A stretch of DNA of 57,477 nt from Candidatus Nealsonbacteria bacterium. Its GTDB lineage: Bacteria > Patescibacteriota > Minisyncoccia > Minisyncoccales > PWPS01. Below the pieces are notes generated by a model that worked only from the letters and a program-made list of their open reading frames with translations, ran no database searches and had not been told where the DNA came from. Below, one piece after another: positions 34,348 through 44,114 of this stretch. Location of the stretch: the NCBI GenBank assembly GCA_003560095.1, contig PWJI01000018.1:1-57477 (forward strand), written 5' to 3'. Position numbers and translations under genes: made by a program. The stretch's first letter is position 1. Every line of letters starts with the position of its first letter.

Positions 34348-36031
34348 CGGAAAAGAGGTAAAGGTAAAAGAAGGTGAGACAATTTTAGAAGTTGCTAAGA
34401 GAAACGATTTGCACATACCCACTCTTTGCTTTCATTCTGACGTTAAAATATCTGCAAGTTGCCGTATTTGTATTGTAAGTGCAAACGGTAATCTTGTAAC
34501 AGCTTGCTCTACCAAGGTTTGTGAAGGAATGGAGGTGATTACCAATTCTCTTGAAATAGATAAAGCAAGAAAGACCAACCTGGAACTTCTTTTTTCACAA
34601 CACCAGGAAGAGTGTTACGATTGCATATGGAACTTAAATTGCAAAATGCTTGATTTAGCAAAAGAGTTTGATGCAAGGATAAATATTTTTGAGGACAGGA
34701 AATCTTCTTATCCGATATATCATTTTGGGTCTTCGTTGGAATTTGACTCTTCAAAATGTATTGATTGCAGGAATTGTATTGATATTTGCAAAAAACAAGG
34801 CGTGGAATTTTTGGATCTTCAAGAAAACGGAAACTTAATGGAAACTGTCCCATCGGAAAAAGAAAACAGGGACTGTGTTTATTGTGGACAATGTATTGTT
34901 CATTGTCCTGCCGGATCTTTTGAAGCAGTAGGGGAGTTTGAGAAAACAAAAAAACCCCTTAAAGAGAAAAACAAGACGCTTATTTTTCAAATTGCTCCTG
35001 CTGTTAGAGCTACAATTGGAGAAGAGTTTGGTTTACCTTACGGATTTCCTTCAATGGAAAAGTTGGTCACTTGTCTTAAGGAAATAGGAGGAGATAAGGT
35101 TTTTGATGTTTCAATTGGTGCTGACTTTACTACTGTCGAAGAATCAAAGGAGCTTCTTGAGAGAGTTGAAGAAAATAGGCTTCCCATGCTTACTTCTTGC
35201 TGTCCGGCGTGGGTTAAGTTCATTGAGTTTTATTATCCTGAGTTTATACCAAACCTTACTACAGTTAAATCTCCTCATATTATCTTGGGAGGACTTGTAA
35301 AAAAGCACTTGGCACAAAAAATAGGAGTTCTTGAGAGCGAGGTTACGGTTATTTCAGTAATGCCATGTGTGGCAAAAAAAGAAGAAATTGAAAGAGAACA
35401 AATAAAAATAGGTAACTTAAAACCTGTTGACTATGTAATGACCACAAGAGAGGTTGCCAGATTTTTCAAAAATAAGAAAATTGATTTTAAAAATGCAAAA
35501 AATTCTCCTGCCGACAATCCCTTTGGTGACCCTTCGAGTTCGGGGGTTTCTTACGGAACAAGCGGAGGAGTTATGAGTTCAGCCTTTTTCAATATTAGTG
35601 GAGAAGAGGCTGAATTTAAGGAAGAAAGAAAAGGACTAAAAGTTGCGAAAGTAAATTATAATGGAAACGAGCTAAGGCTAGCCGTTGTGCATGGTTTGGG
35701 AAATGCAAAAAAAGTTTTAGAAGAGCTAAAAGAAGATCCTTTAAAATATCATTATGTTGAGGCAATGGCATGCTATGGAGGTTGTATAGGGGGTGGTGGT
35801 CAATCGGTGCCCATGAATGAAGAAATAAGAAAAAAAAGGAAAGAAGGTCTTTGCTTGTCCGGAGAAGATAAGAAGGTAAAAAAGGCGAAAGACAATCCAA
35901 TAATAAATAGCACTTATGAAGATTTTTTGAAAGATGAAGAGGTGATTAAAGAGATTTGCCATACCTCTTATAAAAAAAAAGAAAAATCATTTATTCGTAA
36001 AACTAATCAAAAAGGAGAAAATGAGAATTAG
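34331..36031 (+). CDS. hydA: [FeFe]-hydrogenase catalytic subunit
   Basis: N-terminal 2Fe-2S fold and 4Fe-4S motifs. H-cluster signatures are TSCCPAWV, MPCVAKKEE and EAMACYGGCIGGGGQ. Confidence 0.9.
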   Translation: MKIKINGKEVKVKEGETILEVAKRNDLHIPTLCFHSDVKISASCRICIVSANGNLVTACSTKVCEGMEVITNSLEIDKARKTNLELLFSQHQEECYDCIWNLNCKMLDLAKEFDARINIFEDRKSSYPIYHFGSSLEFDSSKCIDCRNCIDICKKQGVEFLDLQENGNLMETVPSEKENRDCVYCGQCIVHCPAGSFEAVGEFEKTKKPLKEKNKTLIFQIAPAVRATIGEEFGLPYGFPSMEKLVTCLKEIGGDKVFDVSIGADFTTVEESKELLERVEENRLPMLTSCCPAWVKFIEFYYPEFIPNLTTVKSPHIILGGLVKKHLAQKIGVLESEVTVISVMPCVAKKEEIEREQIKIGNLKPVDYVMTTREVARFFKNKKIDFKNAKNSPADNPFGDPSSSGVSYGTSGGVMSSAFFNISGEEAEFKEERKGLKVAKVNYNGNELRLAVVHGLGNAKKVLEELKEDPLKYHYVEAMACYGGCIGGGGQSVPMNEEIRKKRKEGLCLSGEDKKVKKAKDNPIINSTYEDFLKDEEVIKEICHTSYKKKEKSFIRKTNQKGENEN

Positions 36032-36545
36032 AGAATTGGTTTTTAAAAAAGTATTAACAATGAAGATGGCAATTTTTTTGACATTGTTTTTCTTTGCTTT
36101 TTTTCTTCCGGTTTTTGGATCTCAACCCGTTACAGGGCCACTTATAAATGCTGCTTTATTTTTAGCGGTTATTTTTTTGGGAGTTAGAGATGCTGTCTGG
36201 ATTGGTGTTTTTCCAAGCATCATTGCTCTTTTTGTGGGATTTTTGCCAATGATTATGGCACCTTTTATTCCTTTTATTATAACAGGAAATATTGTTCTCG
36301 TTCTTTCCTTTAATTACTTTAATGATAATTTTTGGAAAGGGGTAATAATTTCTTCTTTTTTAAAATTTTTAGTTATTGCGATTTCTTCATTTATTTTTAT
36401 AAATTATGTTGCCGGAGGAGGTGTGCCTTCGCAGGTTGCAGTGATGATGAGTTGGCCTCAATTTTTAACAGCTCTCCTTGGCGGAGGGATAGCCTATTTA
36501 ATACTTATTTTATTAAAAAAAAGTGACGCAAATGCGGGATTTTAA
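36021..36545 (+). CDS. small polytopic membrane protein (ECF S-component-like?), overlaps the hydA stop
   Basis: Five to six hydrophobic segments and an 11-nt overlap with hydA. No motif recognised. Confidence 0.5.
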   Translation: MRIRELVFKKVLTMKMAIFLTLFFFAFFLPVFGSQPVTGPLINAALFLAVIFLGVRDAVWIGVFPSIIALFVGFLPMIMAPFIPFIITGNIVLVLSFNYFNDNFWKGVIISSFLKFLVIAISSFIFINYVAGGGVPSQVAVMMSWPQFLTALLGGGIAYLILILLKKSDANAGF

Positions 36546-36558
36546 TTTTTTTTTGATG

Positions 36559-36567
36559 TGCTATACT
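36559..36567 (+). promoter_or_regulatory. extended -10 element TGcTATACT just upstream of the ftsZ ATG
   Basis: The 13-mer atgtgctatactc is identical to the one in the rpsB promoter (55072-55084). Confidence 0.45.
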
Positions 36568-36571
36568 CTAA

Positions 36572-37948
36572 ATGTCAAGTAAAACAAAAAAAATGAAAAA
36601 AACAAAAAAAATTCAAAAAAACAAAAAAAAGAAAAAAGAAGAAGAATCTCTTCGTGAAATTAAAGTTAGGATAGTAGGAGTTGGTGGAGGAGGAGGCTCT
36701 ATCATCTCAGGGATTTCAACAAATTTAAAAAAGGTTTATTTTGCCGCTGTTAATACTGATAGCAGGGCGTTGGAAGAGGCAACTAAAAATAAAAAAGTAA
36801 AAGGGGTTGTTTTTGGAAAAAAAATAACCGATGGTCTTGGAACCGGCATGGATCCAAAGCTTGGGAAGCAAGCCGCACAAGAGGATATTGAAGAAGTGAA
36901 AGAACTTTTTAAAGATCAAGATATAGTTATTTTCGTTTCTTCTCTTGGAGGAGGAACAGGATCCGGGGCTATTCCGGTTTTTTCTTCGGTTGCACGGGAG
37001 ATGGGTTGTGTCGTTTATGGGATATTTACATTACCTTTTTCTTTTGAGGGCGATAAAAAAATGAAAATTGCCAAAGAAGCAATAAAAGATTCTACTGACA
37101 ATCTGCATGCAATTACTATTTTGCCAAACGAAAAAATATTTGAGATTGTTGATAAGAATACTTCTTTAAAAGATGCTCTTTTTGTAATGAATGATAATTT
37201 AGCAAGAAATATTGAAGGGCTTGCTGAAACGATATACGAGACAGGACTTATCAATATTGATTTTGCAGATGTGAAAACTGTTCTCGAAAATAGAAAAGGC
37301 ATGAGAAAGCTTACTTACTTAAGTTCCGCTCAAGGAAACTTGGAAGAAGGGGTAGAAGAAATTGTAAAAAAGGCTATCTCCAATCCATTATACCCATATA
37401 AAGTAAATAATGCGCGAGGAGTATTGTTTAATATTACGGGTGGAAAAGATATAGGGCTTACGGATATATCTTCTATTTCGGAAAGCATTGCCAAGCATAC
37501 TCAAGATGATGCCAAAATTATTGTAGGCATTATGCAAAAACAAAAATATAAAGAAAATGTAAAAGTTTCTATTCTTGCGACCGGGTGTGAAACTGATTTT
37601 TTTCAAAAAGAGCTTGAAGGGGAAATAGTTGAAGAGAAAAAAAATGCAGACAATGTTTCAAAAATAAAAAAAACAAAAAATAAAAAAAACAAAAAAGAAA
37701 AACAAGAAAATCAGTTAGTAAAAAAAGAAAACTTAAAAAAGCAGGAAAAAGAAATAGAAAAAGAAAAACCAAAAGAAGAGATAAAAAAAGAGAAAGGAGT
37801 TACCGTTGTTCCGGCAAGCAATGAAAAAAAATACAATGATTCATTCAGTGAAAGAACAAGTTCTCCCGAAAGTGAGGAAGAAAAAGAAATTTTAAAGGAA
37901 GAAGAAAAATGGGAAAGACCATCATTTTTAAGAAAATTTAAACCTTAA
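36572..37948 (+). CDS. ftsZ: cell division protein FtsZ with poly-Lys N-terminal extension and long K/E-rich linker
   Basis: GVGGGGGSI, GLGTGMDP, GGGTGSG and the C-terminal peptide PSFLRKF. Confidence 0.9.
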   Translation: MSSKTKKMKKTKKIQKNKKKKKEEESLREIKVRIVGVGGGGGSIISGISTNLKKVYFAAVNTDSRALEEATKNKKVKGVVFGKKITDGLGTGMDPKLGKQAAQEDIEEVKELFKDQDIVIFVSSLGGGTGSGAIPVFSSVAREMGCVVYGIFTLPFSFEGDKKMKIAKEAIKDSTDNLHAITILPNEKIFEIVDKNTSLKDALFVMNDNLARNIEGLAETIYETGLINIDFADVKTVLENRKGMRKLTYLSSAQGNLEEGVEEIVKKAISNPLYPYKVNNARGVLFNITGGKDIGLTDISSISESIAKHTQDDAKIIVGIMQKQKYKENVKVSILATGCETDFFQKELEGEIVEEKKNADNVSKIKKTKNKKNKKEKQENQLVKKENLKKQEKEIEKEKPKEEIKKEKGVTVVPASNEKKYNDSFSERTSSPESEEEKEILKEEEKWERPSFLRKFKP

Positions 37949-37956
37949 GTACCTAA

Positions 37957-38742
37957 ATGAGTGTTAATATTAAAAAAGTAGTTATACCTATTTCCAATGA
38001 CGATGAGATGTTTTTCCCCTTGGCTCGTTTTTTCCCAAAAGAATTGCTTCCGATGGGAGATGTCCCCTTGATTGAAAAAATTATTGAAGAAGCCATGCAA
38101 GCGGGAATTGAAGAGATTTTATTTATTTTTTCTTCATCAAAAAAGGATGTTTTTAATTATTTTCAAAATACTGAAAAAGCTCCACAAGAAGAAGAGGAGT
38201 TTAAAAAAAGATTCGAAAACATAAGCTTCTCCTTTACTACTCAGAAAAAAAATATAAAAAACGCATCTGCTGTTTTTAGAGCAAGAGATGAAATTGGAGA
38301 AGATTCTTTTGCACTCTCTTTTCCTGAAATAATATTTCGCGGAAAGAAAAGTTGCATTGAGCAATTATTTGCTGTTTACAGAACATCTCAAAAACAGGTT
38401 GCAGCAGTAAGAGAGGTTTCCGATGAGGAGGTTCCTTTTTCGTATATTGTTGAAGCGGAAAAAATTGCCAACAGATTTTACAAAATAAAAAAAATAATTA
38501 AAAATCCTGACTTACATGAAACTCAGTCAAGACTTGCCTTGTGTGGCAGATATATATTTACCTCTGCATTATTTGATTATCTTAAAAATGCAAAATCAGA
38601 TGCTTTAATCGCTGATTCTTTAAATGAAATGATTGCGGCCGGTAAAACAATTTATGCACATGAAAGTGAAGGAGAGTGGTTTGTTTTAAGGGATAAGAGT
38701 TCGCTATTAAATGCACAAAGATTTTTTTTGGAAAATTATTAA
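37957..38742 (+). CDS. UTP-glucose-1-phosphate uridylyltransferase (GalU)-like protein with degenerate nucleotide-binding loop
   Basis: VVIPISNDDEMFFPLARFFPKELLPMGD aligns with the GalU sequence [24 protein letters not shown], but GLGTR is replaced by NDDEM. GRYIFTSALFDYL is conserved. Confidence 0.6.
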   Translation: MSVNIKKVVIPISNDDEMFFPLARFFPKELLPMGDVPLIEKIIEEAMQAGIEEILFIFSSSKKDVFNYFQNTEKAPQEEEEFKKRFENISFSFTTQKKNIKNASAVFRARDEIGEDSFALSFPEIIFRGKKSCIEQLFAVYRTSQKQVAAVREVSDEEVPFSYIVEAEKIANRFYKIKKIIKNPDLHETQSRLALCGRYIFTSALFDYLKNAKSDALIADSLNEMIAAGKTIYAHESEGEWFVLRDKSSLLNAQRFFLENY

Positions 38743-38748
38743 ATAAAA

Positions 38749-39525
38749 ATGAAAGATTTTAAAGATTTATTTAATCTCGAGGGAAAAGTAGCAATAGTTA
38801 CCGGAGCCAGAAGGGGTATGGGAAGAGCTCACTCTATTGCTCTTTCTGACATGGGGGCAAGAGTGGTGCTTTGTGACATTGAAAAAGAAGAGTGTAACAA
38901 CGTGGTCGAAGAAATCAGGGAGAGGGGTGGAGAAGCTTTTTCGGTTGAGTGTGATATATCTAAAAAAGAAGAAGTAGAAAGTATGATAGAGAAGACAAAA
39001 GAGGCTTACGATGGCTTGGATATTTTGGTAAATAATGCAGGTATTATTGATTTCAAAAATTTTTTTGAACTTGCAAAAGAAGACTGGGATAGAGTAATTG
39101 ATGTTAATCTTAAGGGTTGCTTTCTTTGTACTCAAGCAGCTGCGCAAGAGATGAAAGAAAATGGTGGTGGATCTATTATTAATATTGGATCTGTTGCTAT
39201 GGGACAATCAGGAGTTGGTTTTCCAAACACCCTTCCTTATGTTGCCTCAAAGGGGGGAATTGCCGGAATGACGGAGGCATTGGCTGTTGATTTGGCGCAA
39301 TATAATATTCGAGTTAATTTAATTGCTCCGGGAATGATTGAAACGCTAATGACTGATCCGGAAGAAAATGCAGAAGTTGTAAATCGTATGATTTCTAAGC
39401 TTCCCATGGAGAGAGCAGGAAAACCTGAAGAAGTTTCCGGTGCTGTTGTTTTTTTTGCAAGTGATGCTTCTTCTTATATCACCGGAGCAATGCTAAATGT
39501 TGACGGGGGTTGGCTTGCCGCATAA
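38749..39525 (+). CDS. short-chain dehydrogenase/reductase
   Basis: TGARRGMG, NNAGI and YVASK motifs. Confidence 0.85.
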   Translation: MKDFKDLFNLEGKVAIVTGARRGMGRAHSIALSDMGARVVLCDIEKEECNNVVEEIRERGGEAFSVECDISKKEEVESMIEKTKEAYDGLDILVNNAGIIDFKNFFELAKEDWDRVIDVNLKGCFLCTQAAAQEMKENGGGSIINIGSVAMGQSGVGFPNTLPYVASKGGIAGMTEALAVDLAQYNIRVNLIAPGMIETLMTDPEENAEVVNRMISKLPMERAGKPEEVSGAVVFFASDASSYITGAMLNVDGGWLAA

Positions 39526-39541
39526 TTTATTGATTTGTATT

Positions 39542-40750
39542 ATGATTAAAGATATAAAAGCAAGAGAGATACTTGACTCAAGAGGAAATCCAACAGTTGA
39601 AGTTTCTCTTTATTTAGAAGAGGGAGTTTTTGTTTCTTCTGTTCCTTCGGGTGCTTCAACCGGAATGCACGAGGCTAAAGAGCTTCGTGATGGAGGAGAA
39701 AGATATGGCGGAAAAGGGGTCTTAAAAGCAGTTGGAAACATCGAAAAGAAAATAAAACCCTTACTTGTAGGTCAAAAAATTGATCCCTTAGAGATTGATA
39801 AAATTTTAATAAATGCTGATGGGACTGAAAATAAATCCAATTTAGGTGCAAATGCAATACTGGGAGTTTCAATGTGCGCTTTTAGAGCAGGAGCTTTTAT
39901 AGAGAAAAAAACTCTTTACGATTATTTGTCATCCAAGTATTCTTTTAAAAAAGAAATGCCGGTTCCTTGTTTTAATGTTATAAACGGAGGATCTCATAGT
40001 GGCGGAGGAGTGTCTTTTCAGGAGTTTATGATAGTTCCTGAGAGCAATCTTTTTTCTGATAATTTACGTTTTGCAGTAGAGTTTTCCAAGAAACTGAAAA
40101 GAATTATTTTGGACGAATACGGCCCAGAATCAATAAATATTGGTGATGAGGGAGGGTTTGTTCCATATATAAAAAAAGAAGAAGATGTTTTAAGGCTCTT
40201 AAATAAAGTAAATAGTAATACTAATGTTCTCATTGATGTTGCTGCAACAGAATTTTTTGAAAATGGAGAGTATTTATTAAAAGAAGGAAAAAAGACAAAA
40301 GAAGAGATGATAAATTTTTACAAAAAACTTAGTGAAGATTTTCCTATCTTGGGATTTGAAGATCCACTTGAGGAAAACGATTTTTTGGGGTGGAGTGAAT
40401 TAAAGAAATCTCTTGAAGGGTTGATTATTGTTGGTGATGATCTCTTAGTTACAAACACAAAACGCATAAAAGAGGCTAAGGATAATGATTCTTGCAATGC
40501 AATGATTTTAAAAATAAACCAGATAGGTAGCATTTCTGAAGCTATTGAGGCGGCAAAAATGGCTAAGGAAATGGGTTGGAAAATAATAGTTTCACATAGA
40601 TCCGGTGAAACAAATGATGATTTCATAGCTGATTTTGCTGTTGGGATTGGAGCGGATTTTATAAAGTCCGGAGCTCCTCAAAGAGGCGAAAGAGTTGCAA
40701 AATATAATAAAATTCTTAAGATAGAAAGGGAGATATTAAAAATTAATTAA
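39542..40750 (+). CDS. eno: enolase
   Basis: IKAREILDSRGNPTVEV, SGASTG and SHRSGET. The ATG at 39542 is preferred over the upstream overlapping start. Confidence 0.92.
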   Translation: MIKDIKAREILDSRGNPTVEVSLYLEEGVFVSSVPSGASTGMHEAKELRDGGERYGGKGVLKAVGNIEKKIKPLLVGQKIDPLEIDKILINADGTENKSNLGANAILGVSMCAFRAGAFIEKKTLYDYLSSKYSFKKEMPVPCFNVINGGSHSGGGVSFQEFMIVPESNLFSDNLRFAVEFSKKLKRIILDEYGPESINIGDEGGFVPYIKKEEDVLRLLNKVNSNTNVLIDVAATEFFENGEYLLKEGKKTKEEMINFYKKLSEDFPILGFEDPLEENDFLGWSELKKSLEGLIIVGDDLLVTNTKRIKEAKDNDSCNAMILKINQIGSISEAIEAAKMAKEMGWKIIVSHRSGETNDDFIADFAVGIGADFIKSGAPQRGERVAKYNKILKIEREILKIN

Positions 40751-40761
40751 AAATAATTATT

Positions 40762-41220
40762 ATGCCAAACAAAAATCTTTTAATTATATTTGGGGTTGCG
40801 TTACTTATACTTGCTGGAGCAATAGTGTATAGGTCAAGTACCGAGGAAGGGGAAGAATTTACTCCTCTAGCAGAAGAGCAAAATGGTCAAGTTGAGGAAA
40901 TAGATTCTTCTTTGGAAACAGAAGAAGATGATGACGGTGGAGTAGTGGCAAGTTATCAAAAAATTGAAAATGTTTTTCTTGATCTTTTAGAGAAAATACT
41001 TTCTATGGAAGAAGATGTAATTGAGAAAACACAAGATGATGTTCTTGATTTAGAAAAAAGGATTGATAGTGTTGGAAAGGAGATTGAGAAAGAAGAAATT
41101 GATTCTGAAAAAATAAACAATGAACTTAATTTAATAGAAGAAAGGATAGAAGAAATTACTAAAAAAATACTTGAATTAAAAGAAGAACAAGAAAAGGAAA
41201 ACGATTCTCAAGAAAATTAA
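40762..41220 (+). CDS. hypothetical TM-anchored acidic coiled-coil protein
   Basis: ORF with an N-terminal TM. No motif recognised. Confidence 0.45.
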   Translation: MPNKNLLIIFGVALLILAGAIVYRSSTEEGEEFTPLAEEQNGQVEEIDSSLETEEDDDGGVVASYQKIENVFLDLLEKILSMEEDVIEKTQDDVLDLEKRIDSVGKEIEKEEIDSEKINNELNLIEERIEEITKKILELKEEQEKENDSQEN

Positions 41221-41230
41221 TTTTAAGTTG

Positions 41231-42754
41231 ATGTCTCAGAGAAAAAAAGAAAAAATAGTTTTTATCATAAAAGACGGATGGGGATACAGGAAAGAAAAAA
41301 AACTTAATGCAATTTATAGGGCAAAAACTCCAAATACGGATTATTTTGAAAAAAAATATCCTACAGCCATTATCAAGGCATCAGGGGAGGATGTAGGGCT
41401 TTTAAGGGGATATCAGGGTAATTCTGAAGTAGGGCACTTAACAATTGGGTCGGGTAGAATCATTAAACAGAGCTTAATTAAAATTAACAAGTCAATAGAA
41501 AATAAAACATTTTTCAAAAAGAAGCCCTTACTTAAGGCAATTAAAAATTGCAAAGATAATAAAACAAAGCTTCACATTATAGGCCTCTTGCAAGAAGAGG
41601 GAGTTCATGCGCATATAGATCACCTATATGCGCTTTTGGATTTTTGCAAAAAAGAAAATTTCAAAGACGTCTATTTGCACGTGATAACCGATGGAAGAGA
41701 TTCTCCGGTTAATAAGGGAGAGTTTTATTTGAAGAAACTTCAAAAAAAGATTAAAGAAATTGGTTTTGGAGAAATTGTTACTATTTCTGGCAGGTATTAT
41801 GCAATGGATAGAGACAAAAGGTGGGAAAGAACGAAAAAAGCTTATAATGCAATTTTTAAAGGTCAATCCGGGGAAAAGTTTGAAAATGTTCTTGATAAAA
41901 TAAAGGATTGCTATAAGAGGAAAGAGACGGACGAATTTATAAAACCTACTGTAAAAAAAGGCTACAAGGGAATTTTAAGAAAGGATTCTGCTATTTTTTT
42001 TAATTTTAGAATTGATAGACCCAGACAACTAACAAAAGCTTTAACTGAAAATAATTTTAAGGAGTGGAAAAAAGATTTTGTAGACATTTTTTTTGTTGCT
42101 ATGACCAATTATTATTCTTCAATGAAGGGAGAGTATCTTTTTAAGGAAGAAAAATTAAAAAATCTCTTAGGAGATATTTTTTCCGACAATAGTCTTTCTC
42201 AGCTTAGAGTAAGTGAAACGGAAAAATATGCTCATGTAACTTTCTTTTTTAATGGACAAAAAGAGACTCCAGGAAAGAAAGAAGATAGGGTGATGATTCC
42301 ATCAATGAAAGTTTCTACTTACGATTTAGCTCCCAAAATGAAAGCAGAAAAAATAAGCAAAACGGTTATTCAAAAAATAAAAGAAGAAAAATATGATTTT
42401 ATACTTGTAAACCTTGTTAATGCCGATATGGTTGGACATAGCGGAAATGAAAAAGCAATAATTAAGGCCGTAGAAGAAGTTGATAAAAGAACCGGTGAAA
42501 TTGTAAAAGAAGCCATTTTAAGAAAATATTCTGTTTTTGTTTTTGCTGATCATGGAAATGCAGAGGATCAAAGAATAAAATGGAAAACCAGCCATACGGT
42601 GAATCCTGTAAAATTGACAATTATCTCTGAAAAAATAAAAAAAATAAAAAAAAGAGGAGCGCTTAAAGATATTGCTCCTACTACGCTTGCTATTATGAAA
42701 ATAAAAAAACCAAAGGAAATGACGGGAGAAAGTTTAATTGAAAAACTACAATAA
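41231..42754 (+). CDS. gpmI: 2,3-bisphosphoglycerate-independent phosphoglycerate mutase
   Basis: IIKDGWG, GNSEVGHLTIGSGRI, TDGRD, NLVNADMVGH and ADHGN. Confidence 0.9.
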   Translation: MSQRKKEKIVFIIKDGWGYRKEKKLNAIYRAKTPNTDYFEKKYPTAIIKASGEDVGLLRGYQGNSEVGHLTIGSGRIIKQSLIKINKSIENKTFFKKKPLLKAIKNCKDNKTKLHIIGLLQEEGVHAHIDHLYALLDFCKKENFKDVYLHVITDGRDSPVNKGEFYLKKLQKKIKEIGFGEIVTISGRYYAMDRDKRWERTKKAYNAIFKGQSGEKFENVLDKIKDCYKRKETDEFIKPTVKKGYKGILRKDSAIFFNFRIDRPRQLTKALTENNFKEWKKDFVDIFFVAMTNYYSSMKGEYLFKEEKLKNLLGDIFSDNSLSQLRVSETEKYAHVTFFFNGQKETPGKKEDRVMIPSMKVSTYDLAPKMKAEKISKTVIQKIKEEKYDFILVNLVNADMVGHSGNEKAIIKAVEEVDKRTGEIVKEAILRKYSVFVFADHGNAEDQRIKWKTSHTVNPVKLTIISEKIKKIKKRGALKDIAPTTLAIMKIKKPKEMTGESLIEKLQ

Positions 42755-42824
42755 CAATTTCTTGCGAAAAAAATATTTTGTAATAAAATGAGTTAAGTTG
42801 ATTATTAATCTATAAAATAAAAAT

Positions 42825-43064
42825 ATGTCCAAAGTAAAAATATATTCTACGCCAACTTGTACTTATTGCATTATTTTAAAAAAATATCTTCAAGAAAAGG
42901 GAATTGATTATCAGGAAGTAGATGTAAGTCAAGATGAAGAGGCTCAAAAAAGAATGGTTGAAAAAACGGGACAAATGGGTGTTCCTGTAACTGAAATTGG
43001 AGAAGAAATGGTTATTGGATTTGATAAGGAAAAGATAAACAAGTTGCTTGAGATTGAAGAATAA
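42825..43064 (+). CDS. glutaredoxin-like protein (YruB/NrdH-like)
   Basis: KIYSTPTCTYC with a CxxC motif, GVPV and a size of 79 aa. Confidence 0.75.
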   Translation: MSKVKIYSTPTCTYCIILKKYLQEKGIDYQEVDVSQDEEAQKRMVEKTGQMGVPVTEIGEEMVIGFDKEKINKLLEIEE

Positions 43065-43085
43065 AATTTAAGATGATTTAAAAAT

Positions 43086-44114
43086 ATGTCTACAAAAATT
43101 GCAATAAATGGATTTGGAAGAATAGGGAGATGTGTATTGAAAAATATTATTTCAAAATATGCATCAGAGGTTGAAGTGGTGGCTATCAATGATCTTCTTG
43201 AGGGAGACAAAATTGCTCATCTTTTAAAATATGACTCCGTATATGGAAGACTGGAAGAAGAGGTAAACTTTAAAGATGGAGAATTGCTTTTGGGGCGAGA
43301 GAAGAAGATAAAACTTTTTCAAGAAAAAGACCCTTCTCTTCTTCCTTGGAAAGATATGGAGGTTGATATTGTTTTAGAATGCACGGGTCTTTTTACCGAT
43401 TATGCTAAGGCAAAAAAGCACATTGAAGCTGGAGCGAAAAAAGTTATTATTTCTGCACCATCAAAGAGCCCCGAGGAAATACCTTCTTTTGTGTTGGGAG
43501 TAAATGAAAAAAAATATGACACAAACAAGCATCAAATTATTGACATGGGTTCTTGTACAACAAATTGCTTAGCTCCTGTTGTAAAAATAATAAACGATAG
43601 TTATGAAATTGATTTAGCAACAATGACGACTATTCATAGCTATACGTTAAGTCAAAATATCTTAGATGGTCCGCATAAAGATATGAGAAGATCTCGAGCG
43701 GGAGCAATTAACTTAATTCCAACAACCACAGGAGCAGCAAAGGCAATATCAAAAGTAATTCCGGAAATAGAAGGAAAGATTTCCGGAATGGCAATACGAG
43801 TTCCAACACCAACAGTATCTATTGTTGATCTTGCTTGTTTTGTAAAAAATAAAACAAACAAAGAAGATTTGGTTAATCAATTAAAAGAGAAATCACAAAA
43901 AGAGATGAAAGGCATTTTAGGCGTTGAACAGCAGCCTTTGGTTTCAACCGATTATGTGGGAAATTCTTTTTCATGTGTGGTTGATGAAGAGATGACCGAA
44001 GTTAGGGGAAATTTGATAAAAATATTAGCTTGGTATGATAATGAGTGGGGTTACTCTTCAAGGTTAGCCGATTTTGCGATATATATTAAAAAACAAAATG
44101 ATACTGGATTTTAA
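43086..44114 (+). CDS. gap: glyceraldehyde-3-phosphate dehydrogenase
   Basis: INGFGRIGR, the active site SCTTNCLAP, and WYDNEWGYS. Confidence 0.95.
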   Translation: MSTKIAINGFGRIGRCVLKNIISKYASEVEVVAINDLLEGDKIAHLLKYDSVYGRLEEEVNFKDGELLLGREKKIKLFQEKDPSLLPWKDMEVDIVLECTGLFTDYAKAKKHIEAGAKKVIISAPSKSPEEIPSFVLGVNEKKYDTNKHQIIDMGSCTTNCLAPVVKIINDSYEIDLATMTTIHSYTLSQNILDGPHKDMRRSRAGAINLIPTTTGAAKAISKVIPEIEGKISGMAIRVPTPTVSIVDLACFVKNKTNKEDLVNQLKEKSQKEMKGILGVEQQPLVSTDYVGNSFSCVVDEEMTEVRGNLIKILAWYDNEWGYSSRLADFAIYIKKQNDTGF

